Virus record (IMG/VR): IMGVR_UViG_3300027741_000025
Span: 64,001 to 128,000 of that record
Direction: 5' to 3' (one strand)
Source: a virus
Length of the DNA stretch: 64,000 bases
Shown here: positions 20,344 to 31,034 of the stretch, in pieces
How the letters are laid out: every line of letters begins with the position of its first letter
Numbering within the stretch: position 1 is the stretch's first letter
Made by a program: the position numbers and the translations under genes
Notes under the pieces: generated by a model
Told to the model about the DNA's origin: nothing
Database searches by the model: none
What the model saw: the letters and a program-made list of their open reading frames with translations, nothing else

Positions 20344-20703
20344 ATGGAAAAAGACTTTATAGATAAAAAAGTAGAAGAGGCTGTCAAACAAACTTTAAAA
20401 GAGTACAAAGAATTTGCATTTAAACAAGATTTAGAAAAAGTTTGTTTAGCTGTAATATTAGGTGGCACTTTCGACAGCCTCATTAGAAATATTTCTGCAA
20501 ACCTAATTATGCCATTTTTTGACTTTATAATAAACAAAACTCACGGTGGCTGGCGAGATTATAAATTGGTAATAGCAGACGGACTAGAACTGGGGATAGG
20601 CAAAATTGCCGGTGGTTTCTTGGATTTTGCCATAATAAGTGTTGTTTTGTTTATTGTTTTTCAAAAAATATTCAGAAACAAGATAGAGTCAACTAAAGAC
20701 TAA
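20344..20703 (+). CDS. mscL: MscL-family mechanosensitive channel-like protein
   Basis: LKEYKEFAFK...LAVILGGTF..LI..I..NLIMP...G.FLDFAIISVVLFIV: two-TM MscL layout. Confidence 0.7.
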   Translation: MEKDFIDKKVEEAVKQTLKEYKEFAFKQDLEKVCLAVILGGTFDSLIRNISANLIMPFFDFIINKTHGGWRDYKLVIADGLELGIGKIAGGFLDFAIISVVLFIVFQKIFRNKIESTKD

Positions 20704-20771
20704 GCATTATTCTTATTTTATTGCAAAACTATATCGAAGTGCTTTATGGTTTTGTTGCATATATAATTCAT

Positions 20772-23165
20772 ATGCCCACAAATGTAGTACTATATTCATC
20801 GGATGGAACAAACTGGAATTATGTTCCCACCAATTTCATAGATAATGCCACATCAGGACAAAACATATGGTGTTACGGTGATAATAAATACCTATATCTG
20901 GCATCGGATGGTGGAAGCGGAAATAAAATCTACTACTCTAGTGATTTGTCTACATGGACGAGAATATCTGCAAACAGTCAAGATAATTCAACCCTTGGTG
21001 TCGCAAGTGGAACATTGTGGTCGATCATATATGACGGAAGCAAGTTTATTTGTTTGCTAAGTAACCAAACACCAGCAAATTCTTCGGGTAGTCCTAGTGT
21101 TTTGTCAACCTCAACAGATGGTCTAAGTTGGACGCCAGTTCCTCCTATTATCGCCGGCAGCTCAAATGCACCAAATGGCAATCCATACTATGCTAAACAT
21201 TGTATGAATTTTCGTGGAGTTACCAACATATTGTATAATGGCAGTAGCACCTACATGATAGATGGATCTTTGCGAGAACAATATCAATCTGGCTCTAACT
21301 ATGTTGATGGATCAAACTATTGGAAATGCATAAGTATAGATGGAACTAATTGGACTACCGCTCCTTATGAAAGAGTAATAGTGGGGGCATCATGCTATGG
21401 TGATAATAAGTTCGTAGAAATAGCCTATGACTCAAGTAATGTCTTATCATGTTATATAATAACAGTCAATTATGACGCTACAATAAGCTATACTAAGTAT
21501 TCAAGCCCTTTTTCTTCTTACAATAATACTTGGAACGGCTTCAGCAAACAATACAGCATGGATTATGGAAATGGTAAATTTGTAGCAGTAAGACTATCAA
21601 ACCCAGCAATTATAGCTTATAGTAGTAATGCTATTAATTGGACTGAGGTTAGCATCCCCGTATCTGGTAGTAAAATCTGGAATGGTGTTAAGTTTGGTAA
21701 TGGTATTTTTATTATAAATCAATATGGTGCTGGTGACGACACATATTTATATTCATCGGATGGTATGAATTGGAATGTTGGTCATCACAGCTCACATTCT
21801 TCTTTTTCTCAAGAGGCATCATTTGCCAATGGTCAATTTGTGTTTTTTGCTGAGGACCCCAATACTACTCCTACACCAACGCCGACCAAGACATCTGCAC
21901 CAACACCAACACCAACACCAACCAAGACATCTACACCAACACCAACCAGGACATCTACACCAACACCAACCAGGACATCTACACCAACACCAACCAGGAC
22001 ATCTACACCAACACCAACCAGGACATCTACACCAACACCAACCAAGACATCTACACCAACACCAACACCAACACCAACACCAACACCAACACCAACACCA
22101 ACATCAACATCAACATCTACACCAGGACCGACAGCAACTGCAACTCTCACGCTTGGACCAACTACCCCAACTCTTACCAAGACACCAACTGCTACCCCAA
22201 CTCTTACTAAGACACCAACTGCTACCCCAACTCTTACTAAGACACCAACTACAACTCCAGGACCAACTACTACTCCAACTGCAACGCTAGGACCAACAGC
22301 AACTGCAACTCCTGCTACAACAGAATTTCCTGCAACTAAAATAAGATTTTATACCATGGAGTTGGTTTTAAAAGTTTTTGTAGACCCAAAAATTACATTT
22401 GGAAAGCTAGTTGATTTTAATGATCTTTCTAAAGATGTTGGTTTATATTTTTATAATGGCATAGGAAATAGAAATGTTGATCCAAGCACTTGTATGCCTA
22501 TAAGAGCAGTAGGACAATATTTACAATTTGTTCCAAAGGCTGGTCCTGGTAATACTGCGATGTCTCAGAATGATTACAACCAAATAGTTTTAAAGAGAGA
22601 AGAGACAGAAAAAGTTACTGTGTATTTAAACAAGGTAAAACAATTTGAGTTTTATGATTATGAAAAATACGCAGTAATAGACTCAAATTCTTTATGGTTT
22701 TTCAAAGATGATAATATTACAAATAATGAAGAGTTTAAATATAGAGTCTCTAAGATAGTAATATACCCTGATCCATTATCTGATGAAGAAATCGAGAGTT
22801 TGCCAATATTCCACGGAATTACATCTGATTGTGTGATAGGAACACCAGAACCAACAGCTTCTCCGCTACCAACACCCACACCAGAAGTTTGCATTGTAGA
22901 TATTAGCGATGTCCCAGAAAACCTATATACTTTCAAAGATTGCCCAGACCCAGCAGATTATTGCTATACCACAAGCTTTATTTCTCATTTAACAAATATT
23001 TATTCAACAAATTATTCAAGAGAATGCCGCTCCACAAGCACGGGCGTTGGATACAGAACAGAGTGCTTTTCAACAAGCTTTTCTACAAGCTGCTTTTGCA
23101 CATCCACATCCACATCCACATCAGCATCTCATGGCTTTATAGATATGGTTGATTTTATTCCATGA
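20772..23165 (+). CDS. Modular T/P-stalk protein: beta-propeller, Thr/Pro repeats, LamG-like domain, Cys-rich tail
   Basis: Start moved to MPTNV (TATATA 6 nt upstream). Repeats YGNGKFVAV..YSSDG.NW; C-terminal VTVYLN...VSKIVIYPDPLSDEEI is concanavalin/LamG-like. Confidence 0.7.
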   Translation: MPTNVVLYSSDGTNWNYVPTNFIDNATSGQNIWCYGDNKYLYLASDGGSGNKIYYSSDLSTWTRISANSQDNSTLGVASGTLWSIIYDGSKFICLLSNQTPANSSGSPSVLSTSTDGLSWTPVPPIIAGSSNAPNGNPYYAKHCMNFRGVTNILYNGSSTYMIDGSLREQYQSGSNYVDGSNYWKCISIDGTNWTTAPYERVIVGASCYGDNKFVEIAYDSSNVLSCYIITVNYDATISYTKYSSPFSSYNNTWNGFSKQYSMDYGNGKFVAVRLSNPAIIAYSSNAINWTEVSIPVSGSKIWNGVKFGNGIFIINQYGAGDDTYLYSSDGMNWNVGHHSSHSSFSQEASFANGQFVFFAEDPNTTPTPTPTKTSAPTPTPTPTKTSTPTPTRTSTPTPTRTSTPTPTRTSTPTPTRTSTPTPTKTSTPTPTPTPTPTPTPTPTSTSTSTPGPTATATLTLGPTTPTLTKTPTATPTLTKTPTATPTLTKTPTTTPGPTTTPTATLGPTATATPATTEFPATKIRFYTMELVLKVFVDPKITFGKLVDFNDLSKDVGLYFYNGIGNRNVDPSTCMPIRAVGQYLQFVPKAGPGNTAMSQNDYNQIVLKREETEKVTVYLNKVKQFEFYDYEKYAVIDSNSLWFFKDDNITNNEEFKYRVSKIVIYPDPLSDEEIESLPIFHGITSDCVIGTPEPTASPLPTPTPEVCIVDISDVPENLYTFKDCPDPADYCYTTSFISHLTNIYSTNYSRECRSTSTGVGYRTECFSTSFSTSCFCTSTSTSTSASHGFIDMVDFIP
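21865..22320 (+). repeat. In-frame Thr/Pro tandem repeats (24-bp TRTSTPTP, 6-bp TP, 30-bp [10 protein letters not shown] units)
   Basis: Read directly from the sequence. Confidence 0.9.
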
Positions 23166-23166
23166 T

Positions 23167-25509
23167 TCAAGAAGATAAAATTTTATCTATATAAAAGCCA
23201 GACACATAATCGATTAGTATGTATAAGTAGTCATTCACATAATTAAATTTTAAGTCTATTATTTCACCATCACCGTAGTACAATAACGAAGTATTGGTCA
23301 AAGAAGAATTTATTTTATATAAACTGTTTCCATGAGAAGTATTCCCTGGGGCTCCACAGATATAAACATAACCATTTTGTTCATCGATGTCCATGCTGAT
23401 ATGTTCCACGAAACTATTGGTCGGTTGATTATTCACTAAAGTGATAGAAGATCCAATAGTATTATTGGAATTCACCAGAGTTACTTTTAATGTAATGTGT
23501 CCTGAAGAACTCCAATCATCATTGACTGTAGCAACATATGTCAAATCGTTAGTTGTGTTAGACTTTATAGCTACGATATACTCACCAGAGGGTAGGGTCA
23601 ATGTTTCTATTGCAGAGTTGTTGGATGTATTTATAATATGCACAACATTTGAATAAAAATTGGCTACATACAATTTATTAGAATGGGTGTTGATCTCCAT
23701 AGAACCATTGGGATAAAAATCACCAGATATCGTGGTTAAAATAGAGGTTGTTGTGTAATTTCTAACTACTAATTGATTAAGACCTTCTGCTGTAAATATT
23801 TTATTGTTTACACTATCTAGCGCTGCATTAAATATAGCGTATGTGGGATCACCGTTTATTGTGGCGACAACAGAATCAGACGCTAAATCAATAATGCTGG
23901 CAGTTTTGCTTACATAATTTACAACTATTGCCTTTCTTTGAGTTCTATCCACACTAATAGTTGAGGGTTGAGCGCCAACAGTGATAACATTGCTGACAGA
24001 GTTGGTGTCATTATCAAAAACCCAAACAGTGTTGGTCTCTCCACCAGTACTGCCAGTGTTTAATATATAAAGTTTGTTCGAAGTTGTGTCTAGATCCATT
24101 GCGTCTGGAAATGTCATTCCCAATAAAGTCAGGGATATTGGCGTGGCTGCTGGTGTAGCAGTTGGTGTAGGCGTAACAGTTGGTGTTTTAGTAGGTGTAG
24201 CACTTGGTGTAAGCGTAGATATTGCTGTTGCTGTTAGTGTAAGCGTAGGTGTTGCTGTTTGTGTATGTGTAGGTGTTGGTGTTGCTGTTTGTGTAGGTGT
24301 TGCTGTTTGTGTAGGTGTTGCTGTTTGTGTAGGTGTTGCTGTTTGTGTAGGTGTGGCAGTTAGTGTAGGTGTGGCAGTTAGTGTAGGTGTAGGTGTTGGT
24401 GTTGGTCTCACATCATCACAATCTCTCCAATCAAAATAATTATCAGAATAATATTTGAAGTTTGTTACTAATTCTCCTGCTATACAAGCTGATTGATTTT
24501 TTAAAACATTAACTCTTTTGCCCAATATGGCCACCACAGATCCCCCAATATTGATCCAGTCGTACCCAGATTGCCGCATTACTCCGTCCTTGTAAGCAAC
24601 TAACTCCAAATCAACATTGCCAGATTGTCTTGTGTTATACCAAAATGCTTTCAAAGAGCCGCATATAGAAAAGCTATCACTATTAGAATCTCTTATATTT
24701 TTGATATACATAACAACGGATTCATAGCCAGTACCAACATTATCCCCGCCCCACTCATACCAGGGCAAAGCGGGTGCATCAGGGTATAAACGTTTTTTGC
24801 ACCAACCAACTTCATGTCCCTGTTCAGAACCATAAGAAATTGATGTTCTTGTGTCTAAATCTAATCCATCTAAGAACTTATATCTCACTACTATAAAATC
24901 GGCATCTATAAAACCTACATCTACTATTGGTGTGGCTGTTGGTGGTATAATTGTGGGCGATGGTGTTATCGGGCAGCAAGCACAATTGCATATAGGCTTA
25001 AGTTTTGTGCACTCCACCAGACTCTCAATTGCAAGCTTAAGTCCTGTGCCTTTTTCTACTCTTATAACAACAGCATTGTTGCCATCTACTATATCGCAAG
25101 CATAGTTGTAGTTTTCGTTGTATGGAACAAGATCTTTTGTTCTTTCGTTCCACTCTCTGAGATTATTCTGGAAGTAAAATCTGACGTCTTTGGATATCGG
25201 GCAAGATAATCCACAAAGATCAAAGTGCCCGAATTTATTTGGAATTTGATCGAGAGAGCCAGCACCATAACAATCTTCCCAAGATATAAATATTGTATTA
25301 ACACTAACGCCTTGTGTTGGCTCTGGTGTCGTGAGTGGACAACAAGACATATACTCCAGATTATTCCAGTGTTTAACTCCATCGCCAATTTTCAATTTTC
25401 CCGTGTTTATCTCAAACCCAGGTTCACCCAAAGCTAAAATCGGATTAGCATCATACCACTCTTGAAAAGTTCCATTTCTCAGATGTATTTGCGTGAATGG
25501 CGTTGTCAT
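23167..25509 (-). CDS. Modular fibre-like protein: Mtd_N, Cys-rich module, ADFIV module, T/P stalk, YVTN/YncE beta-propeller
   Basis: [37 protein letters not shown] (Mtd N-terminal-like); LYILN..NTVWVFD...ITVGAQP YVTN repeats. Confidence 0.75.
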   Translation of the reverse strand: MTTPFTQIHLRNGTFQEWYDANPILALGEPGFEINTGKLKIGDGVKHWNNLEYMSCCPLTTPEPTQGVSVNTIFISWEDCYGAGSLDQIPNKFGHFDLCGLSCPISKDVRFYFQNNLREWNERTKDLVPYNENYNYACDIVDGNNAVVIRVEKGTGLKLAIESLVECTKLKPICNCACCPITPSPTIIPPTATPIVDVGFIDADFIVVRYKFLDGLDLDTRTSISYGSEQGHEVGWCKKRLYPDAPALPWYEWGGDNVGTGYESVVMYIKNIRDSNSDSFSICGSLKAFWYNTRQSGNVDLELVAYKDGVMRQSGYDWINIGGSVVAILGKRVNVLKNQSACIAGELVTNFKYYSDNYFDWRDCDDVRPTPTPTPTLTATPTLTATPTQTATPTQTATPTQTATPTQTATPTPTHTQTATPTLTLTATAISTLTPSATPTKTPTVTPTPTATPAATPISLTLLGMTFPDAMDLDTTSNKLYILNTGSTGGETNTVWVFDNDTNSVSNVITVGAQPSTISVDRTQRKAIVVNYVSKTASIIDLASDSVVATINGDPTYAIFNAALDSVNNKIFTAEGLNQLVVRNYTTTSILTTISGDFYPNGSMEINTHSNKLYVANFYSNVVHIINTSNNSAIETLTLPSGEYIVAIKSNTTNDLTYVATVNDDWSSSGHITLKVTLVNSNNTIGSSITLVNNQPTNSFVEHISMDIDEQNGYVYICGAPGNTSHGNSLYKINSSLTNTSLLYYGDGEIIDLKFNYVNDYLYILIDYVSGFYIDKILSS
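24965..25509. repeat. Direct repeat copy 1 (~550 bp; copy 2 at ~28872-29428)
   Basis: The first ~180 codons of two genes are near-identical in protein and largely in DNA. Confidence 0.9.
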
Positions 25510-25570
25510 AATTATAAATTATATAGTTTTTATCCGATTAATTGTCAAAAAGACTAGCCTCTGCCTGCTA

Positions 25571-26815
25571 TCATGATACATATCCAACAAACTGAAGGCT
25601 ATTAACTGATGATTTATTGTTTTTAATTTCCATCTTATAGTATCTATAAGATGCCGGGGATGTTATGTTATATTTATAAATCCCCGAATAGGATGTGTCC
25701 GACCCAGATCTATTATCAAGCGAATTCCATGTAGAATTATCATTTGATCCATATAAAGTCCATGCTGTGAGTCTGTAGCCCCTGTTGTAGTTATCCGCAT
25801 ATATTCCACTTGTAATGTTGTAATAGCTTAGAGTGACGGCAACTCCGAAATCAAGATATCCAACTCCTCCTGTTTCAAAAGGACCCCAAGCAGATCGGGA
25901 AAGATCATAATATTTGTTTAGAGAGCTTACGGAGCTACTTTGGTTAGGGAATAATCCAAAATCACTACTAATATTTGCGCAATATCTAAACCCGAGATTT
26001 GAAAAAACTCTAGCGAAACTTGACCTATGACCTGTCCCAGGTGTTTCAACAAGAACAGAGCCAAAACCATCAATACATTTGGCTGTTGGAAACAATGTAT
26101 ATCCTCCATGAAGTTCACAAGGAGTACTAGGACTTTCATACCCCAAAATTTGCATTTCCCCAATCTGAAAAGCTTGTTCATTACGCAGGTCAGACACACT
26201 TCGCCCGCCTTTAGTAACTATTAATCTATAGTTTTTATAAGCCGTAGCACCAGAAACAGAATACTCTGAGTAAGAACAATTTCGGGCGAGCTTGCTTGTT
26301 GCGTTCGGAAATTTACCTTGAGATGTTCTGGCATCTACAGTTGTCCAAGTAACACCATCGTTTGTTCCAGACAAATACCAGTCTTGGGGAGTTTGGTCAC
26401 TCATATCACCATATTGGTTTGTAATATCGTCAAATAGATTTCCAATAACCCCTGCTCCAAAAGCATTATACATCCTGTATTTTGTAATTACCACAGGAAG
26501 ACCAAAACTAAAATATGCCTTAGATCTTGATACATAACCAGTTGTTCCTCCTCTCATTGAGTTTTTATAAAATGAATCATAAATACTTTGGTACGGCAAA
26601 ATTCCTGTAAATAAATTATTAACATAATTTATACTTTTTGTAGTCCCATCAATTAAACTAGAGTTATTGTATCTATTTCCAGAATAAATTATTGCTTCTG
26701 TATTATTTACATAATTATCACTAACAGAAAATTTATAGTATGACTTATGAGTAGAACTTACGTGTGTGTTATCATACATTGTTCCTCCTCCTACTAAAAT
26801 TCTTTCGGTCGGCAT
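25571..26815 (-). CDS. Tandem F5/8 type C (discoidin)-like domain protein
   Basis: TPQDWYLSGTNDGVTWTTVD...AYKNYRL...QIGEMQILG and WTLYGSNDNSTWNSLD...SYRYYK. Confidence 0.75.
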   Translation of the reverse strand: MPTERILVGGGTMYDNTHVSSTHKSYYKFSVSDNYVNNTEAIIYSGNRYNNSSLIDGTTKSINYVNNLFTGILPYQSIYDSFYKNSMRGGTTGYVSRSKAYFSFGLPVVITKYRMYNAFGAGVIGNLFDDITNQYGDMSDQTPQDWYLSGTNDGVTWTTVDARTSQGKFPNATSKLARNCSYSEYSVSGATAYKNYRLIVTKGGRSVSDLRNEQAFQIGEMQILGYESPSTPCELHGGYTLFPTAKCIDGFGSVLVETPGTGHRSSFARVFSNLGFRYCANISSDFGLFPNQSSSVSSLNKYYDLSRSAWGPFETGGVGYLDFGVAVTLSYYNITSGIYADNYNRGYRLTAWTLYGSNDNSTWNSLDNRSGSDTSYSGIYKYNITSPASYRYYKMEIKNNKSSVNSLQFVGYVS

Positions 26816-26824
26816 AATTCACCT

Positions 26825-29428
26825 TTATGTTAAATAACCTTGTAATTGAATATCACTAATTTTTCCTAAGAAAAAAGTAGTAGAATTAACACCATCAGTA
26901 ACGCCATATCTATTTGAGCTATCTGTAACAGATATCTTATAGTAAAAATAAGAGTCTGGTGATGCTATGGCAAAAGTTGCCGAAGAACCAACTTCAACAA
27001 GGGTTCTGGTATCGAGCAGCGTCCATGAGTTAAATGTATTGGCTCCATATACTTTGAATGAATACTTTACCGGAGCGCCGGTAATGTTATCAAAATCAGC
27101 CCACATTTTATATGATGTTAATATTATTGGATAGTCAAATCCAAGATATCCATCTTTTGTTCTGTTTGTTGGCACCCCATTGGCACTACTTGCGACTTCA
27201 AAACTCCATTGACCTAGCTTAGCTAGATTTCCAGTTAAGCCAAGAATTGTTCCCATATTAAATACAGTACCAAAGGAATCAGAGTTTGTCAAAACACCAG
27301 AATTATTAAGATATTTAACTGTTGGTAATAATGTGTTGTATCCATGCAATGCACAAGGTGTTGTTGTGCTTTCATATCCCCAAAGCTGAATTTCACCAAT
27401 TTGAGTATCATAATTACAGAGACCGAGTGTTGCTGTTGGTGTTGGAGTTTTGGTTGGTGTTAGAGTTTTAGTTGGTGTTGAAGTTTTAGTTGGTGTCGGT
27501 CCAGGCAATCTAGTTGTTGTTGTTGGTGTTGTTGTTGGTGTTGTTGTTGGTGTTGTTGTTGGTGTTGGCGCAAGGGTTTCTGTTGGATCGGGTGTTGAAT
27601 CAGGTGGTGTTGGTCCCAAACATCTATAGCCATTTCTTCCCCCTGTAGAAATAACAAGTTTATATACTTTATAAGCTACAGGCGCCGGTATTGTGAATTC
27701 AGAGTAACTACTCAAACTTGGATCTGTTGATGTTGCATATGGCAATCTTGGTTGATTTGATCTGGTGTCAACTACATTCCAAGATATTTCATCGTTACTA
27801 CCATGCAGCGTCCAAGCTTGCGGAGTTTGATTACCAATATCTACATATCTGCCTTCAACACCATAATTAGCTAAAAATCCATTCCACATTCTATACTTTG
27901 TTACTACAGTTGGAATTCTAAAATCAAACAAAAATATTGGGAAAGAATTATTACTAAAGCTATATGAATCGCTTAACACATATTGAAGAGGAAGTTCACC
28001 ATTAAGAATACAGGCATTGGCGGGATTTACTACAGTATTAAAATACTGTCTGTAGTCAGGATTTATTAATATTGGTGGATTGTATTTTACTCCACCACCA
28101 ACCAACGCCCTAGGCGTGCCAGGCGCTGCTGTTAGCGTTGGTGTTGCTGTTGGACCAGGTGTTTTTGTTACTGTTGGTGTGGGCGTTACTGTTGGTCTGA
28201 GTGTTGCAGTCGGTCTAGGTGTTGCTGTTGGACCCGGCGTTTTGGTTGCCGTCACCGTTGGTGTTGGACCAGGTGTTTTAGTTAATGTTGGTGTTGGACC
28301 AGGTGTTTTAGTTAATGTTGGTGTTGGACCAGGTGTTTTAGTTAATGTTGGTGTTGGACCAGGTGTTTTAGTTAATGTTGGTGTTGCCGTGGGTGTTGCT
28401 GTTGGTCCAAGTGTAGCTGTGGGTGTTGCTGTTGGTCCAAGTGTAGCTGTGGGTGTTGCTGTTGGATAATAACAAACATCTATATTTGCTGTAAATGATC
28501 CGCTATTATCACCTCTTACATTATCGTTTGTTGCAAGGTAAAGTCTACCTGCTCCGACAGCAAAAGATTCAAAAGAAGACCCAGCACAAAACGGTTGACC
28601 GCTTAACCCTATTTTGGCAATAATTGCCTCATGTCTACATGGGCTTATAACATTGTCGATATTGTATAAAGAGTTTGGTAACTGGGCATCCGTTAGTCCA
28701 TCCGGATCAGAATTATAGTTCGGGCTGTTCATGAACGAATTTACTATTCCGGTTGCATTTATTTTTAAGTAACCAGAAACATCAATTTCACTATCTTGCC
28801 AGGGTATAGTAGGATCAATAATAAACGATTTTTGGCAATAAGGAGTTGATGTTGGTGTTGGTGATATTGTGGTAGGACAACAAGAACAATTGCATATAGG
28901 CTTGGGTTTTGTACACTCTACCAAACTATCAATTGCAAGCTTGAGCCCTGTACCTTTTTCTACTCTTATTACAACAGTATTGTTGCCATCTACTATATCG
29001 CAAGCATAGTTGTAGTTTTCGTTGTATGGAACAAGATCTTTTGATCTTTTGTTCCATTCTTCAAGGTTATTTTGGAAGTAAAATCTGACATCTTTTGATA
29101 CCGGGCAAGATAATCCACAAAGATCAAAGTGTCCGAATTTGTTTGGAATTTGATCGAGAGAACCAGCGCCATAGCAATCTTCCCAAGATATAAATATCGT
29201 ATTGACACCTGGTGTTGGCTCTGGCGTTGGCTCTGGCGTTGGCTCTGGCGTTGTGAGCGTACAACAAGACACGTAATCGAGATCGTTCCAACTTTTAGTT
29301 CCATTGCCGATTTTTAATCTTCCTGTGTTTATCTCAAACCCAGGTTCACCCAAAGCTAAAATCGGATTAGCATCATACCACTCTTGAGAAGTTCCATTTC
29401 TTAATTGTATTTGCTTGAATATTGTCAT
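26825..29428 (-). CDS. Modular fibre-like protein: Mtd_N, Cys-rich module, lectin-like module, T/P stalk, two discoidin-like domains
   Basis: N-terminus shared with 23167-25509; C-terminal half paralogous to 25571-26815; WQDSEID...DPDG...GRLYL..ND..DNSG module. Confidence 0.75.
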   Translation of the reverse strand: MTIFKQIQLRNGTSQEWYDANPILALGEPGFEINTGRLKIGNGTKSWNDLDYVSCCTLTTPEPTPEPTPEPTPGVNTIFISWEDCYGAGSLDQIPNKFGHFDLCGLSCPVSKDVRFYFQNNLEEWNKRSKDLVPYNENYNYACDIVDGNNTVVIRVEKGTGLKLAIDSLVECTKPKPICNCSCCPTTISPTPTSTPYCQKSFIIDPTIPWQDSEIDVSGYLKINATGIVNSFMNSPNYNSDPDGLTDAQLPNSLYNIDNVISPCRHEAIIAKIGLSGQPFCAGSSFESFAVGAGRLYLATNDNVRGDNSGSFTANIDVCYYPTATPTATLGPTATPTATLGPTATPTATPTLTKTPGPTPTLTKTPGPTPTLTKTPGPTPTLTKTPGPTPTVTATKTPGPTATPRPTATLRPTVTPTPTVTKTPGPTATPTLTAAPGTPRALVGGGVKYNPPILINPDYRQYFNTVVNPANACILNGELPLQYVLSDSYSFSNNSFPIFLFDFRIPTVVTKYRMWNGFLANYGVEGRYVDIGNQTPQAWTLHGSNDEISWNVVDTRSNQPRLPYATSTDPSLSSYSEFTIPAPVAYKVYKLVISTGGRNGYRCLGPTPPDSTPDPTETLAPTPTTTPTTTPTTTPTTTTRLPGPTPTKTSTPTKTLTPTKTPTPTATLGLCNYDTQIGEIQLWGYESTTTPCALHGYNTLLPTVKYLNNSGVLTNSDSFGTVFNMGTILGLTGNLAKLGQWSFEVASSANGVPTNRTKDGYLGFDYPIILTSYKMWADFDNITGAPVKYSFKVYGANTFNSWTLLDTRTLVEVGSSATFAIASPDSYFYYKISVTDSSNRYGVTDGVNSTTFFLGKISDIQLQGYLT
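28110..28465 (-). repeat. In-frame T/P repeats incl. 30-bp [10 protein letters not shown] x4
   Basis: Read directly from the sequence. Confidence 0.9.
28872..29428. repeat. Direct repeat copy 2
   Basis: Matches 24965-25509; carries three PEPT units where copy 1 has one. Confidence 0.9.
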
Positions 29429-29442
29429 TATAAATTGTTTGC

Positions 29443-30129
29443 TTAATTGTCAAAAGACTTAAGTTTAGCTTCTACTTGTTTGTGGGCTATTTCAATCTGT
29501 TTATACCTTGTTAATAATCTATCTTTGGCTATTCTATCGTTGGTGGCATCAATTTGAGTTTTAAGTAAGTTTAATTCACCCAACTTTTTATTTAAATCCT
29601 CCATCACATCGACATATTTTAAATCTCTTTCCGAAAGCCAATTGATGGAGAGTTTATCCTTTATTCCATCTTTTAATTCGATGTAAACGAAATCACCTTC
29701 TCTTTTTACAAAGAGTCCTTTTTTTTGTTCTGTTCCTTCTTTGTTTGTCCAAACATGATTCTTTTTTGGCTCAACGTATTTACCTCCACCAAGACTAGAT
29801 CCGGAATCATCAAAAGAAATCGGACCATTTTTATTTTTTTTCATTGCTTGTTTTAAAACTGCAGCAGCACCAAGACCCAAATTAGTCAATAGACCAAAAA
29901 CACTTTCTTCACATTTAAACTCGGGATGCTCAGCTTCTAAATATTCTTTGAATGTTTTTCTTTTTTTGTTTGGTAGCCCTTTATGCTTAGTAGAAGCAAA
30001 ATCTTTTGCATCTTTTTTGTTGATATTATCTGCAACTTTTTTAATTTTTGGACTCAAACATTCGCCTGTTTTTTGACATTTACGAACTAATCCGAAAAAT
30101 CTTTGTTGAGATTTACTTTTACTGGGCAT
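29443..30129 (-). CDS. DUF3008-like basic N-terminus plus SHD1 (SLA1 homology domain 1)-like domain
   Basis: [13 protein letters not shown]...[11 protein letters not shown]; internal [10 protein letters not shown]; [41 protein letters not shown]. Confidence 0.6.
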   Translation of the reverse strand: MPSKSKSQQRFFGLVRKCQKTGECLSPKIKKVADNINKKDAKDFASTKHKGLPNKKRKTFKEYLEAEHPEFKCEESVFGLLTNLGLGAAAVLKQAMKKNKNGPISFDDSGSSLGGGKYVEPKKNHVWTNKEGTEQKKGLFVKREGDFVYIELKDGIKDKLSINWLSERDLKYVDVMEDLNKKLGELNLLKTQIDATNDRIAKDRLLTRYKQIEIAHKQVEAKLKSFDN

Positions 30130-30198
30130 TTGATATCCTTTTATAAATTTAATTACTTAAATATATATAATAACAACACTATTAAATAATGGAACAGC

Positions 30199-30585
30199 AT
30201 GAAATCATTCAAATTATTCTCAGAGAAAAAAGACAACGATCTTGCAAAAAATGATATTCATAAAATAATAGAATATAGCAAAAAATTACAAGAAATCATC
30301 AAAACCAACATAGAATTAGAAGATTGGGTTAAAGCTAAATTAACCCATGCCGAAGACTATCTTAATACAGTATATGATTATTTGATGTTTTATAAGCAAG
30401 ATAATAAAAACGAAAACTCAAAAATGGCTGTGGGAGACCTAAAAAGTATATTGTATAAGGCTATAGAAATAGAAAAGCTTTTAAATAAAAAAGATATAAA
30501 AGATTGGGTTAAGGCTAAATTAAACTTGGCTGGTGAGTATATGGATGATATTTTCCACCACTTAGACTATAATAAAAACAAATGA
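30199..30585 (+). CDS. Hypothetical protein with two tandem DWVKAKL..A..Y repeats
   Basis: LEDWVKAKLTHAEDYL and IKDWVKAKLNLAGEYM; starts MKSFKLFSE. Confidence 0.7.
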   Translation: MKSFKLFSEKKDNDLAKNDIHKIIEYSKKLQEIIKTNIELEDWVKAKLTHAEDYLNTVYDYLMFYKQDNKNENSKMAVGDLKSILYKAIEIEKLLNKKDIKDWVKAKLNLAGEYMDDIFHHLDYNKNK

Positions 30586-31034
30586 AACCAGAAAAAGTAG
30601 TATTTCTTGATATTGACGGTGTTTTAAACACCGATAAGCATTTAAGAAAATTTGGTCGAGATTATATTGACCAAAAATTGACTTCGATACTAAGAACTAT
30701 AGTGCTTCAAACAAAAGCAGAAATAGTACTTAGTTCAACGTGGAGGTTAGATGAGTATGCAAAAAATTTAGTTAAAAAAGCTCTGGAGATCAAAGATTTA
30801 AAGTTTATATGCTGTACACCGCATATTGAAAGCACAACAAAAAAAAGAACACACAGATCAGAAGAAATCAAAAAATGGCTTGAAAAACACAAAAGTGTCA
30901 AAAAATACGCAGTGCTGGACGACAGAGATGACGCAGGCTATGGAATTGAAAAAAGTTTTTTTCAAACAGATCCCAGAGTAGGCTTAACTTATTCAATAGC
31001 AGAAAAAATAGTGAGTCATTTAAATGATGACTAA
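30582..31034 (+). CDS. HAD-family phosphatase (HAD_SAK_2 / RNA-repair type)
   Basis: FLDIDGVLN, IVLSSTWR, YAVLDD. Confidence 0.85.
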   Translation: MKPEKVVFLDIDGVLNTDKHLRKFGRDYIDQKLTSILRTIVLQTKAEIVLSSTWRLDEYAKNLVKKALEIKDLKFICCTPHIESTTKKRTHRSEEIKKWLEKHKSVKKYAVLDDRDDAGYGIEKSFFQTDPRVGLTYSIAEKIVSHLNDD

